A stretch of 63,427 nt of DNA, counting the filler, from Vannella sp. (taxonomy: Eukaryota): assembly GCA_023345925.1 (NCBI GenBank). It is 9 parts of 9 records of this genome, joined end to end, with 100 filler letters (N's around TTAATTAATTAA, not from the genome) between each part and the next. Parts side by side here need not be neighbours in the genome. Positions count along the whole stretch, not along the records: positions 1 to 5,147 come from JAJQQN010000457.1; positions 5,248 to 11,560 come from JAJQQN010001462.1; positions 11,661 to 20,347 come from JAJQQN010000855.1; 6 more parts are not named here. One strand, 5' to 3'. The notes beneath the pieces were generated by a model. It was not told the origin of the DNA and made no database searches. It worked only from the letters and a program-made list of their open reading frames with translations. Below are positions 1-13,224 of the stretch, one piece after another. How positions within the stretch are numbered: the stretch's first letter is position 1; each line of letters opens with the position of its first letter. The translations under genes were made by a program, and so were the position numbers.

Positions 1-2085
<2,085 letters not shown>

Positions 2086-2432
2086 CCACAAAGAAATGAC
2101 CAAATCTCCACCATCAATAATCATATTCATTGTTATATTTTCGTACATTTCCAAGCAAACCATTCCAAAAGGCAACTTCATTTCAATCTCGCTCCTGATT
2201 GGTGGAGAGCAATGGTGTTTGGAGCTGGCTATCGGGTAAACACATAGGCGCAACGATACTTGGAGGAATGAAGCACTTTCTGAATGGCCTAGAGGTATTT
2301 TACAAACTGACCCCAGATCGCCCTTCTGAGAGGGCGTGGAAGACTGAGAGAGTTCTCCGCCTTCTTCCCTGTTGCCCCAGAGTACGATCATCCAAGATCG
2401 TGGACGGACCAGCCTGTTGTGATTGGTCCGTT

Positions 2433-5147
2433 TTATAGTGGTTGAGGACGCGCGAATTGCCAAAGCAGGAAAAAGAGAGGTATGAGAAGGGTTAAGAGTA
2501 AAGCAAGTTGCCACGTTTCTCGGCGGTGTTTCCTGGATCATCGTTCAGTTGCTGGTAGCTTCTAATGCAGAGGATCTCACCTTGCAATGATGTCGTCCAT
2601 GTATTGGTCCTGGTGGAAGTGACTGGGAGGTAATTCGAAGGTTCCTGATTGAGGTACGAGTGACTTGTAAAAGTTGTGTAGCATCTGGAGGGCAACAGGG
2701 GCTTTTGGATCATCGTGGTCGATGTTATCATTCAAACAGATAAACTTGTGTTGCTTCTCACGGATGCCATCCAGCTTCTCCTGTAGCTTTGTGTCGTTCT
2801 GGTTGACCATGATAAAGCCTACATTGTCTGCATTGAACGTCTGGTACCTGTAAAATGGTAAACGCTTTGAAGAGGAGCAAATTGTCCTCCTTCGGACTCA
2901 CTTGTTCCTCAGGCGGGGCTCGTAGTAGGTTCTTAGTGCTCCCAAAAGGTCTTCATACGCTTCGAATGAAGGTAGATCTATCAGGTCACTCCCCCGTGCT
3001 AGCCAGGTCAAACACTCCTTCATCACTGCAAATGATTCCTCATCTAGAGGATGCCCATAAGCCCGAAGCGCCACAGTTCGCAATTCATTCTCATCCAAAC
3101 TCCTTTACAGAATATTAGAGTCTCAAAGAAGCGCGAAGGTTTAACATACCCGTCATGATTGACATCAGAGACATTAAAGAGTTTCTCAGGACTGAGCAGA
3201 GGAGGCTGATTAATCAAGTAATAAAAGTAGGAGAAAGCGTATTGCATGTCATTCGCCTTGCGGAGTTGGTGAGAGGAAGTCTCCTCCCACTCTTTGGGAT
3301 ACTTGGCTTGGAGGCTCATCATGATGTCTCGATTGATCATGTGTGGCATATGTGCGGGCACTTTTCGAAGGGCATAGCCGTATTCCTCACTATACATAAA
3401 GTCTACAAATCGTAGAGAGTCCCCAAAGGTGTCTAGTAACTTTCGGCCCGTATTCTTGCGATCTCTGGACCTGTGCGTTTTGAATTCAGGGAAGATCTCG
3501 TCAGTTGGGTCCCAAGGGGGTCGAAGCTCCTCATCATCATGATGTTCAATGGAGTCGTGGAAGAGATCCTCACGCTCTTCTACTTGGTTTTCTTCAAAGT
3601 ACTTTTGAATAGCATCAAATGCTGGCCTGCTTTCAGGGATGGATTCAGGCTCACTTTCCAAGTCTACGACTGAACCCAAAGAAGGTTCTTGATGATCAAA
3701 AGAGTCTGGATGAGTTTCCTCAGGCTCCCAAAATGGGGTTCCTTCAGCACTATGGTTGAAACCTGGCACTCCAATAATGAGAGTCAATTCCACACTCTCA
3801 AGCTCCTCTTCAGACACCCTCTCTTCGCCAATTCTTTCGAACTGGAATAAGACGAGGATCTGCTCTTGAGTTGGTTTGCCGTCCTCGTGGCGGAAGACGA
3901 AGAGGATAAACTCGCGACTTGCAGATGTCGTCGCACTCCTGATGGACTCTGTCTCTGAATGTCCAATATTTCTAATTCGGCTTCCATTCTTTGTTAATTG
4001 GCCAGTCCAAATCAACAAAGAAGGGAGATCTTCCGAGAAGTTGAATACCATTGATCCCTTCTCTCCAGTGAGTTCAAGTTCTTATTGCCCTGGCCTTCCC
4101 CTTTGGAGAATGGATCATTCTTACATTCTTTGTTGGGTGAATGGAATGCATTCGGTCAAGGTCGCTTCTGCAGTCGCCTCCATCAAACCCACACTCGTTG
4201 ACTTGGCAGACTTTGTCACAATGCTACTCTTGCTATCAGGAGCCTTCCAGTAAATAGTGGAACGTTGACTACTTACTCCATCACCAATCCAAGCGTCTGG
4301 GCAAAGAGGGGCACATAATTGTGGAGCAGTGTAGGCATGATGATGATCACCAGGATGGTGACTATCATGGTGGTGATGGTGACTATCATGGTGGAGATGG
4401 TGACTGTCATGGTGGTGATGTTGTCTGTCATGGTGGTAATGGTGGTGATCCGGTTCCTCAATAAAGGACGCTTTCCACGCTGCCTCCACGTAATCGTCAA
4501 TTTTCCCAACGCAATCCCCCTTATCAAACGCACAGAGCGTTACATTACACGCAGAATCACATTTTCCATCTCCAATACGGTAAAAGTTGCATCCTTCGTT
4601 GCATAATGGGACTCCCCACGACAGGTAGACCTTAGTGCCTTCTGAAAGGGTCTTGAAATCATCAGGATAGGTGTAATCTCCTAGCATAACATCGTCATTG
4701 AAGTAGACGAAGTGCTGGGCCAAACCAGGAAGACGATGTAAGTGACTTTCGATGGCTGGGGAGCTGAATGTGGGCAGATGTGAGGTATTGGGGAACAGTT
4801 GAGCGTGAGAGACTACTGTTAGCTTGGGATGTCCTATATCTAACCAGTAAGGGACCTGCCCGTTGGTGACCAAGTAGATATGGCGGATCCAAGGGGCGAA
4901 CTTCTCAATGGACCGCAAAGAGTAGCGTAGCTCCTGATTATCTGTAGAGTGATTAGACCAGGGACATGGCCTTCTTCTACAGAGTGGGTTACCTGCAAAG
5001 CGACTCGCAGAGGCTTCATCAGAGCCCTTTTGATTGGGCTCTGTGATCGGGTCGGTCTGCCCTTTGACTTGGCGCAGCTGTGCTGCGAGTACAGAGTCAC
5101 TACCGTTCACCCAAGTGTAAACAATGTCGATCGTTGGCCACTCCTCG
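2433..5147 (-). CDS. GNPTAB: GlcNAc-1-phosphotransferase alpha/beta (Stealth family), 5'-truncated at the contig edge
   Basis: Stealth motifs [32 protein letters not shown] and [11 protein letters not shown]. Two LNR/Notch repeats ([22 protein letters not shown]), an EF-hand, a site-1-protease-like site [11 protein letters not shown], and a C-terminal TM exon ending TAA at 2433-2435. Confidence 0.92.
4339..4449 (-). repeat. Coding CAY-rich repeat giving a poly-His/Asp tract inside GNPTAB
   Basis: Encodes [38 protein letters not shown] with about 21-nt periodicity. Confidence 0.85.
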
Positions 5148-5247
5148 NNNNNNNNNNNNNNNNNNNNNNNNNNNNNNNNNNNNNNNNNNNNTTAATTAAT
5201 TAANNNNNNNNNNNNNNNNNNNNNNNNNNNNNNNNNNNNNNNNNNNN
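5148..5247. other. Artificial contig linker
   Basis: N-run + TTAATTAATTAA (stops in all six frames) + N-run, 100 nt. Confidence 0.98.
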
Positions 5248-6229
5248 GCTGGAAGCCAACGGAAGATGTCTGCCAAATGGGCACAGAGTTTGTCCTTCCG
5301 GATGTTGTCCGGATTCACAATGGGGAAGTCATCTACATGGTTATCCTGCTGCTTATACTCATGATAAAGGAGTTTGACATCCAGTTTGAGCTCAAGCTCT
5401 TTGTGTAGTCTCTTGACAACATCTGTACCACTCTCCTTGCTCTTTTCCCCCTCTTCCTCCTCTTGTTGAATGTCCTCAACCTTCTCTACCTCCCTGACCT
5501 CTTCTTCATCCTCCGATTTCAAGTCCAAGCCATCCGGGTGGCTTTTGGCTGTCCGCCAGAGGGATTGAAGGTGTGGAAGGAACAGCAGCAGCTTGCAAGA
5601 ACTTCTCCCACTCCTCCTTCGAAGAGATTTGAGAGGAGGACATCTCCTCGTCAGGGATGAGAGGGGTTCGCCCATCGACATAGCAGAACAGCGAGGGATG
5701 GACAAGATCCACCACAGTCTCGCCTGAGGAAGGGTGCCAGTCCTTCTCTTTCACTTCAAGTTGATCCCTGACTTGGGAGACGAAGAGATCGTGGAGGTCC
5801 TTCGGGATGATGCTGTCTGCCACCCACACTCCATCCACACTTGATGGCTCTGCTTCAGGAGAGCTGAGAGACGCCAGATGCTGCAGTTCGGACTTGAGAC
5901 GCTCCCAGAAGAAGGAAAACCCCTTGGCAGAGAGCTCTTCCTTCCACTTTGCAAGAATGTCCTCTTGGAAGACCTTCTTCGTCCACTCTGGCTTCTTGCG
6001 CTACTCATTGGATACTTCTGTAAAGTCTTCTTCCCAAGGGTGCCGCGGAGGAAAGGACTTGTTGTGTGGGTCGGGCAAGTTCGCAGGAATGGAAGAGAGC
6101 TTTGCCTTTCGAGGCTGCGCCTCTCCTCCCGCATTCTCCTGCCTTTGTCTCTTCCCCAACTGCACAAAGGTCAACCAAGCCGTCTCACCGTCATCCTTCT
6201 ACGACCACGCAATTCGGACTCACCGACAT
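5248..6229 (-). pseudogene. DUF4246-family gene, disrupted
   Basis: Motifs RKKPEW..KV...I..KW, DWHPSSGETVVDLVHPSLFCYVDGRT and FRWLP. In-frame TAG at 6001-6003 and a frameshift around 5510-5560. Confidence 0.7.
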
Positions 6230-6414
6230 CCGCGTCGAAGAAAAGATGGTTCTCGGTGTTGTAAAACCCGGATTTTAACCGGTTATGGCCCACATATCCC
6301 GATCTTTTCCGATCCACCAATCATTAGGGATGGTCCATTAGTTTTATTGCTGAAGGAAGCGATTTAAATAACCAATAAACTTCAAAGGGAGGAGTTTCTT
6401 TCATCCTGGAGTTG

Positions 6415-7494
6415 ATGGAAGCGGGCGAAGCTTTGGTTCTGCCTTTTGGGTACGAGTTGGGGCAGGTGCGATGGGTTGATCCTAGTGGGAAGTATCGGAT
6501 TCATCGTGGGGAGTCGGCGCTAAGGCATCCAGTGACTATCAAGGTGCGCCCGATCTACACGAGAGACGATAAGAACGCCTTTCTTCAAGAGTCTCTCAAT
6601 ATGAAGGCTGTCGTGCAGAGAGCCGGGGCTGAGCGGAGAACTGGTATTATACGTCTGCTTGATAGCTTCATCATCAAGAGGGAGTCGTACATTGTGATGG
6701 AGGACTACCACTTCACCTTAGCTGAGGTTCTGAAGGACCCAGAGCGCTCCCGCAACATCCCAACCAAAGAGAGAATCAACTACTTCTATCAAGTGTGTTG
6801 TGCCATGGAAGAGTACGCTCTATCGAAGGTGGCGCACCTAAACGTGTGCCTGGAGAGCCTCTTTGTCGTAGATCGCCACGTCAAGCTGGGGAACTTCGGC
6901 CACTCGTTGAGATACAGCTCTGAAAATTCTACTTCCATGAAGGCCTTGGCAGGTGGCTCCCTCAAACCTCCGGAGTGGAACAAACCAGGCGGATACAACC
7001 CTCACTTGGTGGATCTGTGGGGATTGGGGCTCCTCCTGCACCAGCTCTTGGAAGAAGAAGCGTCTCTCACTATTGTAAACGGATTACCTAACATGGATGA
7101 CACGTTGCCAGACTCAGCTCGCGAACTGATCCTTAGTTTACTTGATCCTGACCCTCTGGCTCGTCCTTCTCTCTTAACAGTGATTGGACATAATCTATTC
7201 CTGCAAGGGGACTTTGCAGAGAAGGTAGAAGTCAAACCCATGACTCCAAACAAGAGGAAATTGGGCACCAGAATAGTCAGTGCAGTCTCACGACCCATCA
7301 ACAGACTGAGTCTTCGTTTGCACAAGAGTTTCAACACCGACACACATGCAAATCTATCCATGGGTAGTGCTGGTAGTACTGCCTCGATCCGGTATGACTT
7401 TGACCGAGGCTCAGGCAACTTTGGAATTGTCCCAAGTGACAGCCAGACCGAAGAGTTGTCTTCCTTTTTACCAGAAGTAGAGTCAGCGGAATAA
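6415..7494 (+). CDS. Ser/Thr kinase-fold protein, probable pseudokinase
   Basis: Kinase subdomains are recognisable (VTIK, VMEDY, PPE, DLWGLG, DPLARPS), but HRD is HLN, DFG is NFG, and there is no Gly-rich loop. Confidence 0.85.
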   Translation: MEAGEALVLPFGYELGQVRWVDPSGKYRIHRGESALRHPVTIKVRPIYTRDDKNAFLQESLNMKAVVQRAGAERRTGIIRLLDSFIIKRESYIVMEDYHFTLAEVLKDPERSRNIPTKERINYFYQVCCAMEEYALSKVAHLNVCLESLFVVDRHVKLGNFGHSLRYSSENSTSMKALAGGSLKPPEWNKPGGYNPHLVDLWGLGLLLHQLLEEEASLTIVNGLPNMDDTLPDSARELILSLLDPDPLARPSLLTVIGHNLFLQGDFAEKVEVKPMTPNKRKLGTRIVSAVSRPINRLSLRLHKSFNTDTHANLSMGSAGSTASIRYDFDRGSGNFGIVPSDSQTEELSSFLPEVESAE

Positions 7495-7562
7495 TAGCAC
7501 AATAATGTATTGACGCAATGGAGTGGGCTTGCTGTTGAAGGGCAGGCAGTGGAGAAAGAGTG

Positions 7563-10500
7563 TTATTTGGTTTGTAGACCTTTGAAGAACTTGACGAGAT
7601 CTGGCTCATTTTTGTTGGCTGCCATCTGAACAGGAGTCTCGCCGTGTTTGTTCTTGATAGCCATGCCAGCTTTGGACTGGTCAGCCAAGTAACGACTTCC
7701 TGTGAAGAAATCACATTCAATGGACCAATGGAGCGGGGTGTTGCCATCAGTAACTCTCTGACTGTCAACTCTTGCACCTTTCTAAATGCTACTCAGACTT
7801 CTGACTTCCCTGACAATGAAACTTACGCTGACTAAAAGCAAAGTGCAGTCAAGAAGCCTCATTTGGACAGCAATGTGAAGAGCTGTGTTACCCTGAAGTG
7901 CCTCAAAATGATTGACATCGGCCCCCTTCTGCAGGAGCATCTCGGCAATCTTCCTGTTTCCAGCCCAGATGCTTGCTTGGAGTGCTGAGGTTCCCTCTGA
8001 ATCTAAGGCCTCAGGATCTGCATCGTGGGAGAGGAGAGAGGCGGCGATTTCCTCGTGCCCCTTGAAAGCAGCCTCGTACAAGGGCGCCCGCTGTCGGAAA
8101 TCCTGAACGGAAGAGTCTGCTCCCTGTACTTTCTGTGAGTTTCATTAACGAAGGAGCAGACCAGGCGTACTTGTTTCAATAACTCTTCCACAAGAGGAAT
8201 GTTGTTCCTTCGCGTTGCAAGTAGGAGAGGGGTGCAGCCTTTGTAGTCTTCAACATTTAGATTGGCTCCATAAGCTGCCAGAACTTGGCAGAGTTGATGC
8301 CCGACATGAGAGTCGGCAGCATGGTGGATCAAAGTGGATCCAAAAAGTTCCACATCCAAAGACAGATTGCCCTTCTTCTGAGAGTGCTCGCAAAGAAGGC
8401 TGAGGATTTTGGGCTGGTGGAAAGTCATGGCAGTGAAGAAACAGTTCTTCTTTTGAACATCCTTGGCCAAGGGGTCTGCACCATTCGCCAATAACTGGGC
8501 AGCTATCTCATAGTTGCCACAAGCCGTGGCAAAATGAAGCGCAGTCGCTTCGTGGCGTCCTGCAGCATTCACTGGGATTTTCGTCGTGGCAAGGAGCCTT
8601 TCGATTACTGCTGGTAGCTCTGCCGCAGCGGCCAGGTGCAGAAGAGTGTTATCAAATTTGTCACGATAGTCTGTGGCAGCTCCGTACTGAAGCAGCAAGC
8701 AAACAACGTCGACTGAGCGATAAAGGATTGCGTAATGCAGAGGGCTTTTGCCCTTCATATTAATGTCATCAACTTTCACTCCCTTCTCCAACAGCATTTG
8801 GCAAATCTCCAGCTGTCCACCTGCAGCGGCAATATGCAACGCACTTGACCTCATGTTGTTCTTCAGCTTGACCTCTGCACCAGCATTGATCAAGATTCGT
8901 ACAGACTCAATCTTATCCAATTGGATGGCAAGAATAAGAGGGGAGTTCCCATCGTTGTCCTTGGAGTTGATGTGGCAAGTGCTACAATCAGAAAGCCACT
9001 TGACTGCTGCAATGCAGTCTAATTGGACTGCTCGATGCAATGCAGTGAATCCGTTTCGGTCATGCTTGTTCAAGTCAACTGACATCTCTAAAAGTCGAGA
9101 CAATTGGCTAACTTCGTTGCGTTCCACGACTTTGATGGGACAAAGTAGTTCAAGAAAATCAAGAATGATCTCACTCTGCTGAACCAACAAGTTAGACTTG
9201 ATTTCGTGCAAGTAAGACCGCAAGAATTTGCACATGACAGCAACAGCCAAACTGGCTCGGCCATTGTACCAACCAAGAGGCATTCCAGCTTCAGTCTCCT
9301 CCCCAATCTTTTTAGGGAATGTAGGGAAGATAATGCGAGGGAAATGAGCGCTAAGCTTCTCATTCAGAGCAAGGAAATCACTCAGAGTTTTGCGCAGTTG
9401 GAATGTGGATCCCATTGCTTTGACGATGAGGACGAAATACTACAAAGGGATGAGCTCAGTGGGACGGAGGCTGAGCTTGGACTCACAATTCGGGAGCCTT
9501 TGTCATGCTCGAATGCGGGAGAGAGGGATATGTCATACAAGAACTTCAGTCCCAAAGTGTGATTGCGCACTCGGGTTTCGATTGCTCTCAATCGCTCGTT
9601 GTTGCTCTTTGTCTCCAAACGAGCGTACTTTACCTTTGCATTCCTGATGTCATCTGTCCAAGAGAGAACGTCTTGCAACGTTGTTGCGAATACAGTGTGC
9701 TCCATTCGATAGTAGTGAATATTGAAGCAGTGTCCTTGGGCAGATGATATTTCTGCTTCTTCAGGAATAGAAACGTAAAGTTCGTCCAAGGAAATGGAGC
9801 GGAGGGGCTTCGTTGCTATGGCAGAGTCGAAAAAGTGCAAGAAACCAGATGTCATGACAGTCCATTGTCGCTTGGTGTCTTGACCCAAGAGATTGATCCC
9901 CGTTCGCGTAATACGTTTCTGCAAGTACCCAGATTTGTCTGGAGGACTGAGAAAGACGATCATCTCACTCTCTGCGCCTCTCCTAGGAATGATCTTCCTC
10001 TTTGGAGCGCCCAGCTCATCCAAGATCTGAAAGAGTTGCTCCTCCTCTGTGAACTCACTTTCTTGGTCCTTCGCGATTTCGATTGCCATCAAAGCTAACA
10101 GTTTGTCCTTGTAGTTGTAAAGGAGCTGGTGGAGAAGTTCCAGATCCTTTGTTTTCAAATTTTGGAAAGCAATCCGATTGGCCTTTCCAGAAAGATCCGC
10201 TACGTTTCGTGCGTTCTGTTAGACAGTGCGCCAAAGTCAGCAATCAAGTTACATACTTCCGGAAGCAGCTGCTTGGGCATGCTTTACGATGCAAGAGAGA
10301 AAGTCATTCATCATAGTCTGCTTCTCTAGAATGAAGGAGTTCATGGGGATCATGTACCCTTCCTTGGACCCAAAAGGGACTGAGTTTGAAAGATTCTGCA
10401 ATAGCTTTGTCACCAAAGTTAAATTCCGGCGGGCAGAGCGGGACAAGGGCGAGGTAGCCGGCAGAATCCCGAATGCCTCTGGAGTGACCAAAGAAGGGTT

Positions 10501-11335
10501 GAACAATCTACTCCAACTATCAATTCTGAAGCCGTTCTCATAACTCGACGCACCTCAGCATGATAAACCCTCCAATAAGGGGAGTCAGACGATCCGGACA
10601 GTAGATCTTTGAGTATTCTGCAGTGAATCCAGCAATCGCCCTGACTTCATCAGATAATAAAAGAATCAAGTAATAAGACTTGCTCACTTGATCTCAAGAG
10701 GCATCTGTTCCAACATCTTGGGGTCGGCAATTTGTGACAGAATCTCTGAAGTACGAAAAGAGAGCTCCTTGATGTTCTTTTGCACCTGCTCATCTCCTTT
10801 CGGTTCGACCTTCCTAAATAGATGTCAGATTGCTTAAAACACGCGGTTGCAGGCTTACACAGGGTCAATCTCCAGGGACAATGTCTCGTCTAAGGCAATG
10901 CGTTCAACTGGAGGGCCGATACAGTTGCGAAGGTAACCTGCTCCAACTTTGCGAGAGAAAGCGCCCATCATTTTCGAAGCAACGCAGTTCCCTCGGAGGA
11001 TGCTACCCGGCTCTCGGAAGTTGCGCTCGAACTCGCTCGCTACGATCTCTCGTATCACTGCTAAAGTGTTCCCACCCTCCATAGAGAGGCTACAGAGGGA
11101 GGGTTAAACATTGACTGATGTCATAAGAGACACTCACTTCACCAAAGCAGCGGCGAGATTGTCAAACTCTGCTTGGTCCACAAGGAATGATAAACTTTTC
11201 GCAAAGCTGCGACGTATCCTGGTAAGCTGGCCACTGGCTTATCAAGAGAGCGACTTACAAAAGATTTGTAACAAGAATTTGAGCAAGCGTCGCATACTTC
11301 TCCTCATGGCCCGAGAGAATGGCAGGCTGCTGCAT
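7563..11335 (-). CDS. RasGAP-PH-PX-ankyrin repeat protein, multi-exon
   Basis: RasGAP (ILRGNCVASKMM; FIMLR/LFNPSLVTPE; KLLQNLSN), PH (KSGYLQKR...W), PX (LRKTLSDFLALNEKLSAHFP...PTFPKK), then many ankyrin repeats. Exons join by GT-AG introns; the last exon ends ...KGLQTK*. Confidence 0.88.
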
Positions 11336-11482
11336 CACACAAAAAGATGACACATTAATAACAATGGTTGGAAAATGAACTTGTCGTGGATCTTCACGTG
11401 GTCCAAATAAACCAAAAAACATGCTTTAAACTGTGCTGTTGATTTGTACATTTCGGGCGAAAATTTTGCGCGAAAAAACGCA

Positions 11483-11553
11483 TCCTCCATGGTGTAGCGG
11501 TAACATCCGACACTCTCACTGTCGAGCCCCGGGTTCGACTCCCGGTGGGGGAG
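11483..11553 (+). tRNA. tRNA-Glu (anticodon CTC)
   Basis: Acceptor stem TCCTCCA/TGGGGGA, anticodon arm CGACA-CTCTCAC-TGTCG, T-arm CCGGG-TTCGACT-CCCGG, followed by a T5 Pol III terminator at 11555-11559. Confidence 0.95.
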
Positions 11554-11560
11554 CTTTTTG

Positions 11561-11660
11561 NNNNNNNNNNNNNNNNNNNNNNNNNNNNNNNNNNNNNNNN
11601 NNNNTTAATTAATTAANNNNNNNNNNNNNNNNNNNNNNNNNNNNNNNNNNNNNNNNNNNN
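11561..11660. other. Artificial contig linker
   Basis: N-run + TTAATTAATTAA + N-run. Confidence 0.98.
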
Positions 11661-11814
11661 TTTGATGCTGCTCCGACTCGCTGATGCCCCTTTACTCATG
11701 GTGTGGTCGCTGACGGCCCGCAGTGGCGTTGAGCGGGTGCTTATGGAAGGTCAGGCAGCGAGAAGAAGTACTTTCTCTCTTCTGGTTAAGTGTGGTGGGC
11801 GAGAACAGACCTGG

Positions 11815-12969
11815 ATGAGAGCATTGAGGCGAGGATATCTTCCTCGTCGATGCTTTAGCACGTCTTGTGCCACTGACGATCCAAGGTTGCATGATCTCTT
11901 CAGAGAAGAGGGACTTCACTCTCTATACACGCTATTTGAGTCAAAGGGAGTCGATATGGTCACCTTTCTTCGAAGTAAAGAGGAAGACCTTGTCGCTCTT
12001 GGCATTGGAGAAGCGGAGCAACGGGGAAAGCTCCTTCATGTCATTGCGAAGACTCGAGGCAAGTCACTAGAGCCCCATCTTCAAGCCTAACAAGCTCTAG
12101 AGAGGTGGAAAACTGTCATGGAGGACAGTTTCCTGGAGAAGGACCGAGTAGAGCACCTCTCACGAGCCTTCTGGGATTACATGGAACAGCAGAAGAGTTC
12201 TACACCTCTAGACTCTATCCCCCGCTATCCCATAGGGCTGTGCCATGGCATTGGAGGGTCCAAACCACTCATTCCCTACTTCTACGCGGTTGCAGAGGAT
12301 CTTCGGGATGCTGGTTGTCAAGCATTCCGCTTCAACGTTGAGAAATACTCCTCCATTGAGACACGCGCTCGCTCTCTCCAAAGGAGGATCGAATGGATGC
12401 TCATTGAGCATCCGCAGGTCACCAAAGTCAACTTAGTGGGTCACAGTATGGGGGGATTGGACTGTCGGTACTACATAAGCTCTCTGGGTGGTCACCGCTA
12501 CGTCGCCTCGTTGACTAGCATAGGAACACCCCACCACGGGTCCCCTTGGGCCGACTATCTTCTCTCCTATGTTGAGTTCCAGGACTGGGTTTCGTTGGTG
12601 CCTGAAGGGTATCGGAATCTGAGTGCCAAGTATCTCGATGAGACCTTCAACCCCCAGAACCCGGACCATCCCCAAGTGAAATACTTCTCCGTCATCGGCC
12701 AAATGGGGTCTGCCAGTCCTTTTGACCCCCTTTATGTGCCCTATCACTACATACTAGGTGCAGAAGGTCAGTCTACACCATCTTACTTGTCTTAGCTCTG
12801 ACTTAGTTACCCTTAAGGCGACAATGACGGACTTGTCAGCACCAAGTCACAGAAATGGGGCCAAGTCATTGAGACTGTTTCTCTGTCCCACAACGAACAG
12901 CACTTCTCTCGTGATGCTCCGTCTCTGTATAGGAGAGTGGCTTCATTCCTGGGAAGAGAGGGTCTATAA
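11815..12969 (+). CDS. SAM-domain + alpha/beta-hydrolase lipase (TGL2-like), probably mitochondrial
   Basis: Arg-rich presequence MRALRRGYLPRRCFSTS, SAM-like segment (EEDLVALGIGEAEQRGKLLHVI), GHSMG nucleophile, TPHHGS, NDGLV and SH. Needs a GC-AG intron at 12059-12100 and a GT-AG intron near 12767-12817. Start codon uncertain. Confidence 0.85.
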
Positions 12970-13224
12970 AGAGATCTTCCTGGAAGAGTCGAAAAGAGGG
13001 TCTCGGAATTGGAAGAACCTCCATATTCGATCGGGACCTTAACCAATAAACTTTTAAAGTGTTTTGGTCGGAGGCACTTTTTGGACGAATGGACCATTCG
13101 GACATTGAGCTCACAAACGATGGAAAAGTGGCCCTCATAAAAACATATAAAATCATCATTCGCGTTTATGCCAGCCGAATTTAGAGGCACTTTTCAACGG
13201 AGGCAAGTGACTGACGGTTTAGTG

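Noticed and set aside
2199..2445. Small + strand ORF or spliced selenoprotein (…RYFTN-TGA-PQ…)
   Set aside because: No recognisable selenoprotein motif or SECIS, the 79-aa ORF starts at TTG, and there is no family resemblance.
6001..6015. TAG reassignment or a 15-nt GT..AG micro-intron rescuing the DUF4246 gene
   Set aside because: The 1.7k-aa ORFs contain no in-frame TAG and TAG terminates SmE. Other introns are over 40 nt. The segment encodes conserved residues, and a second lesion (frameshift) is present.
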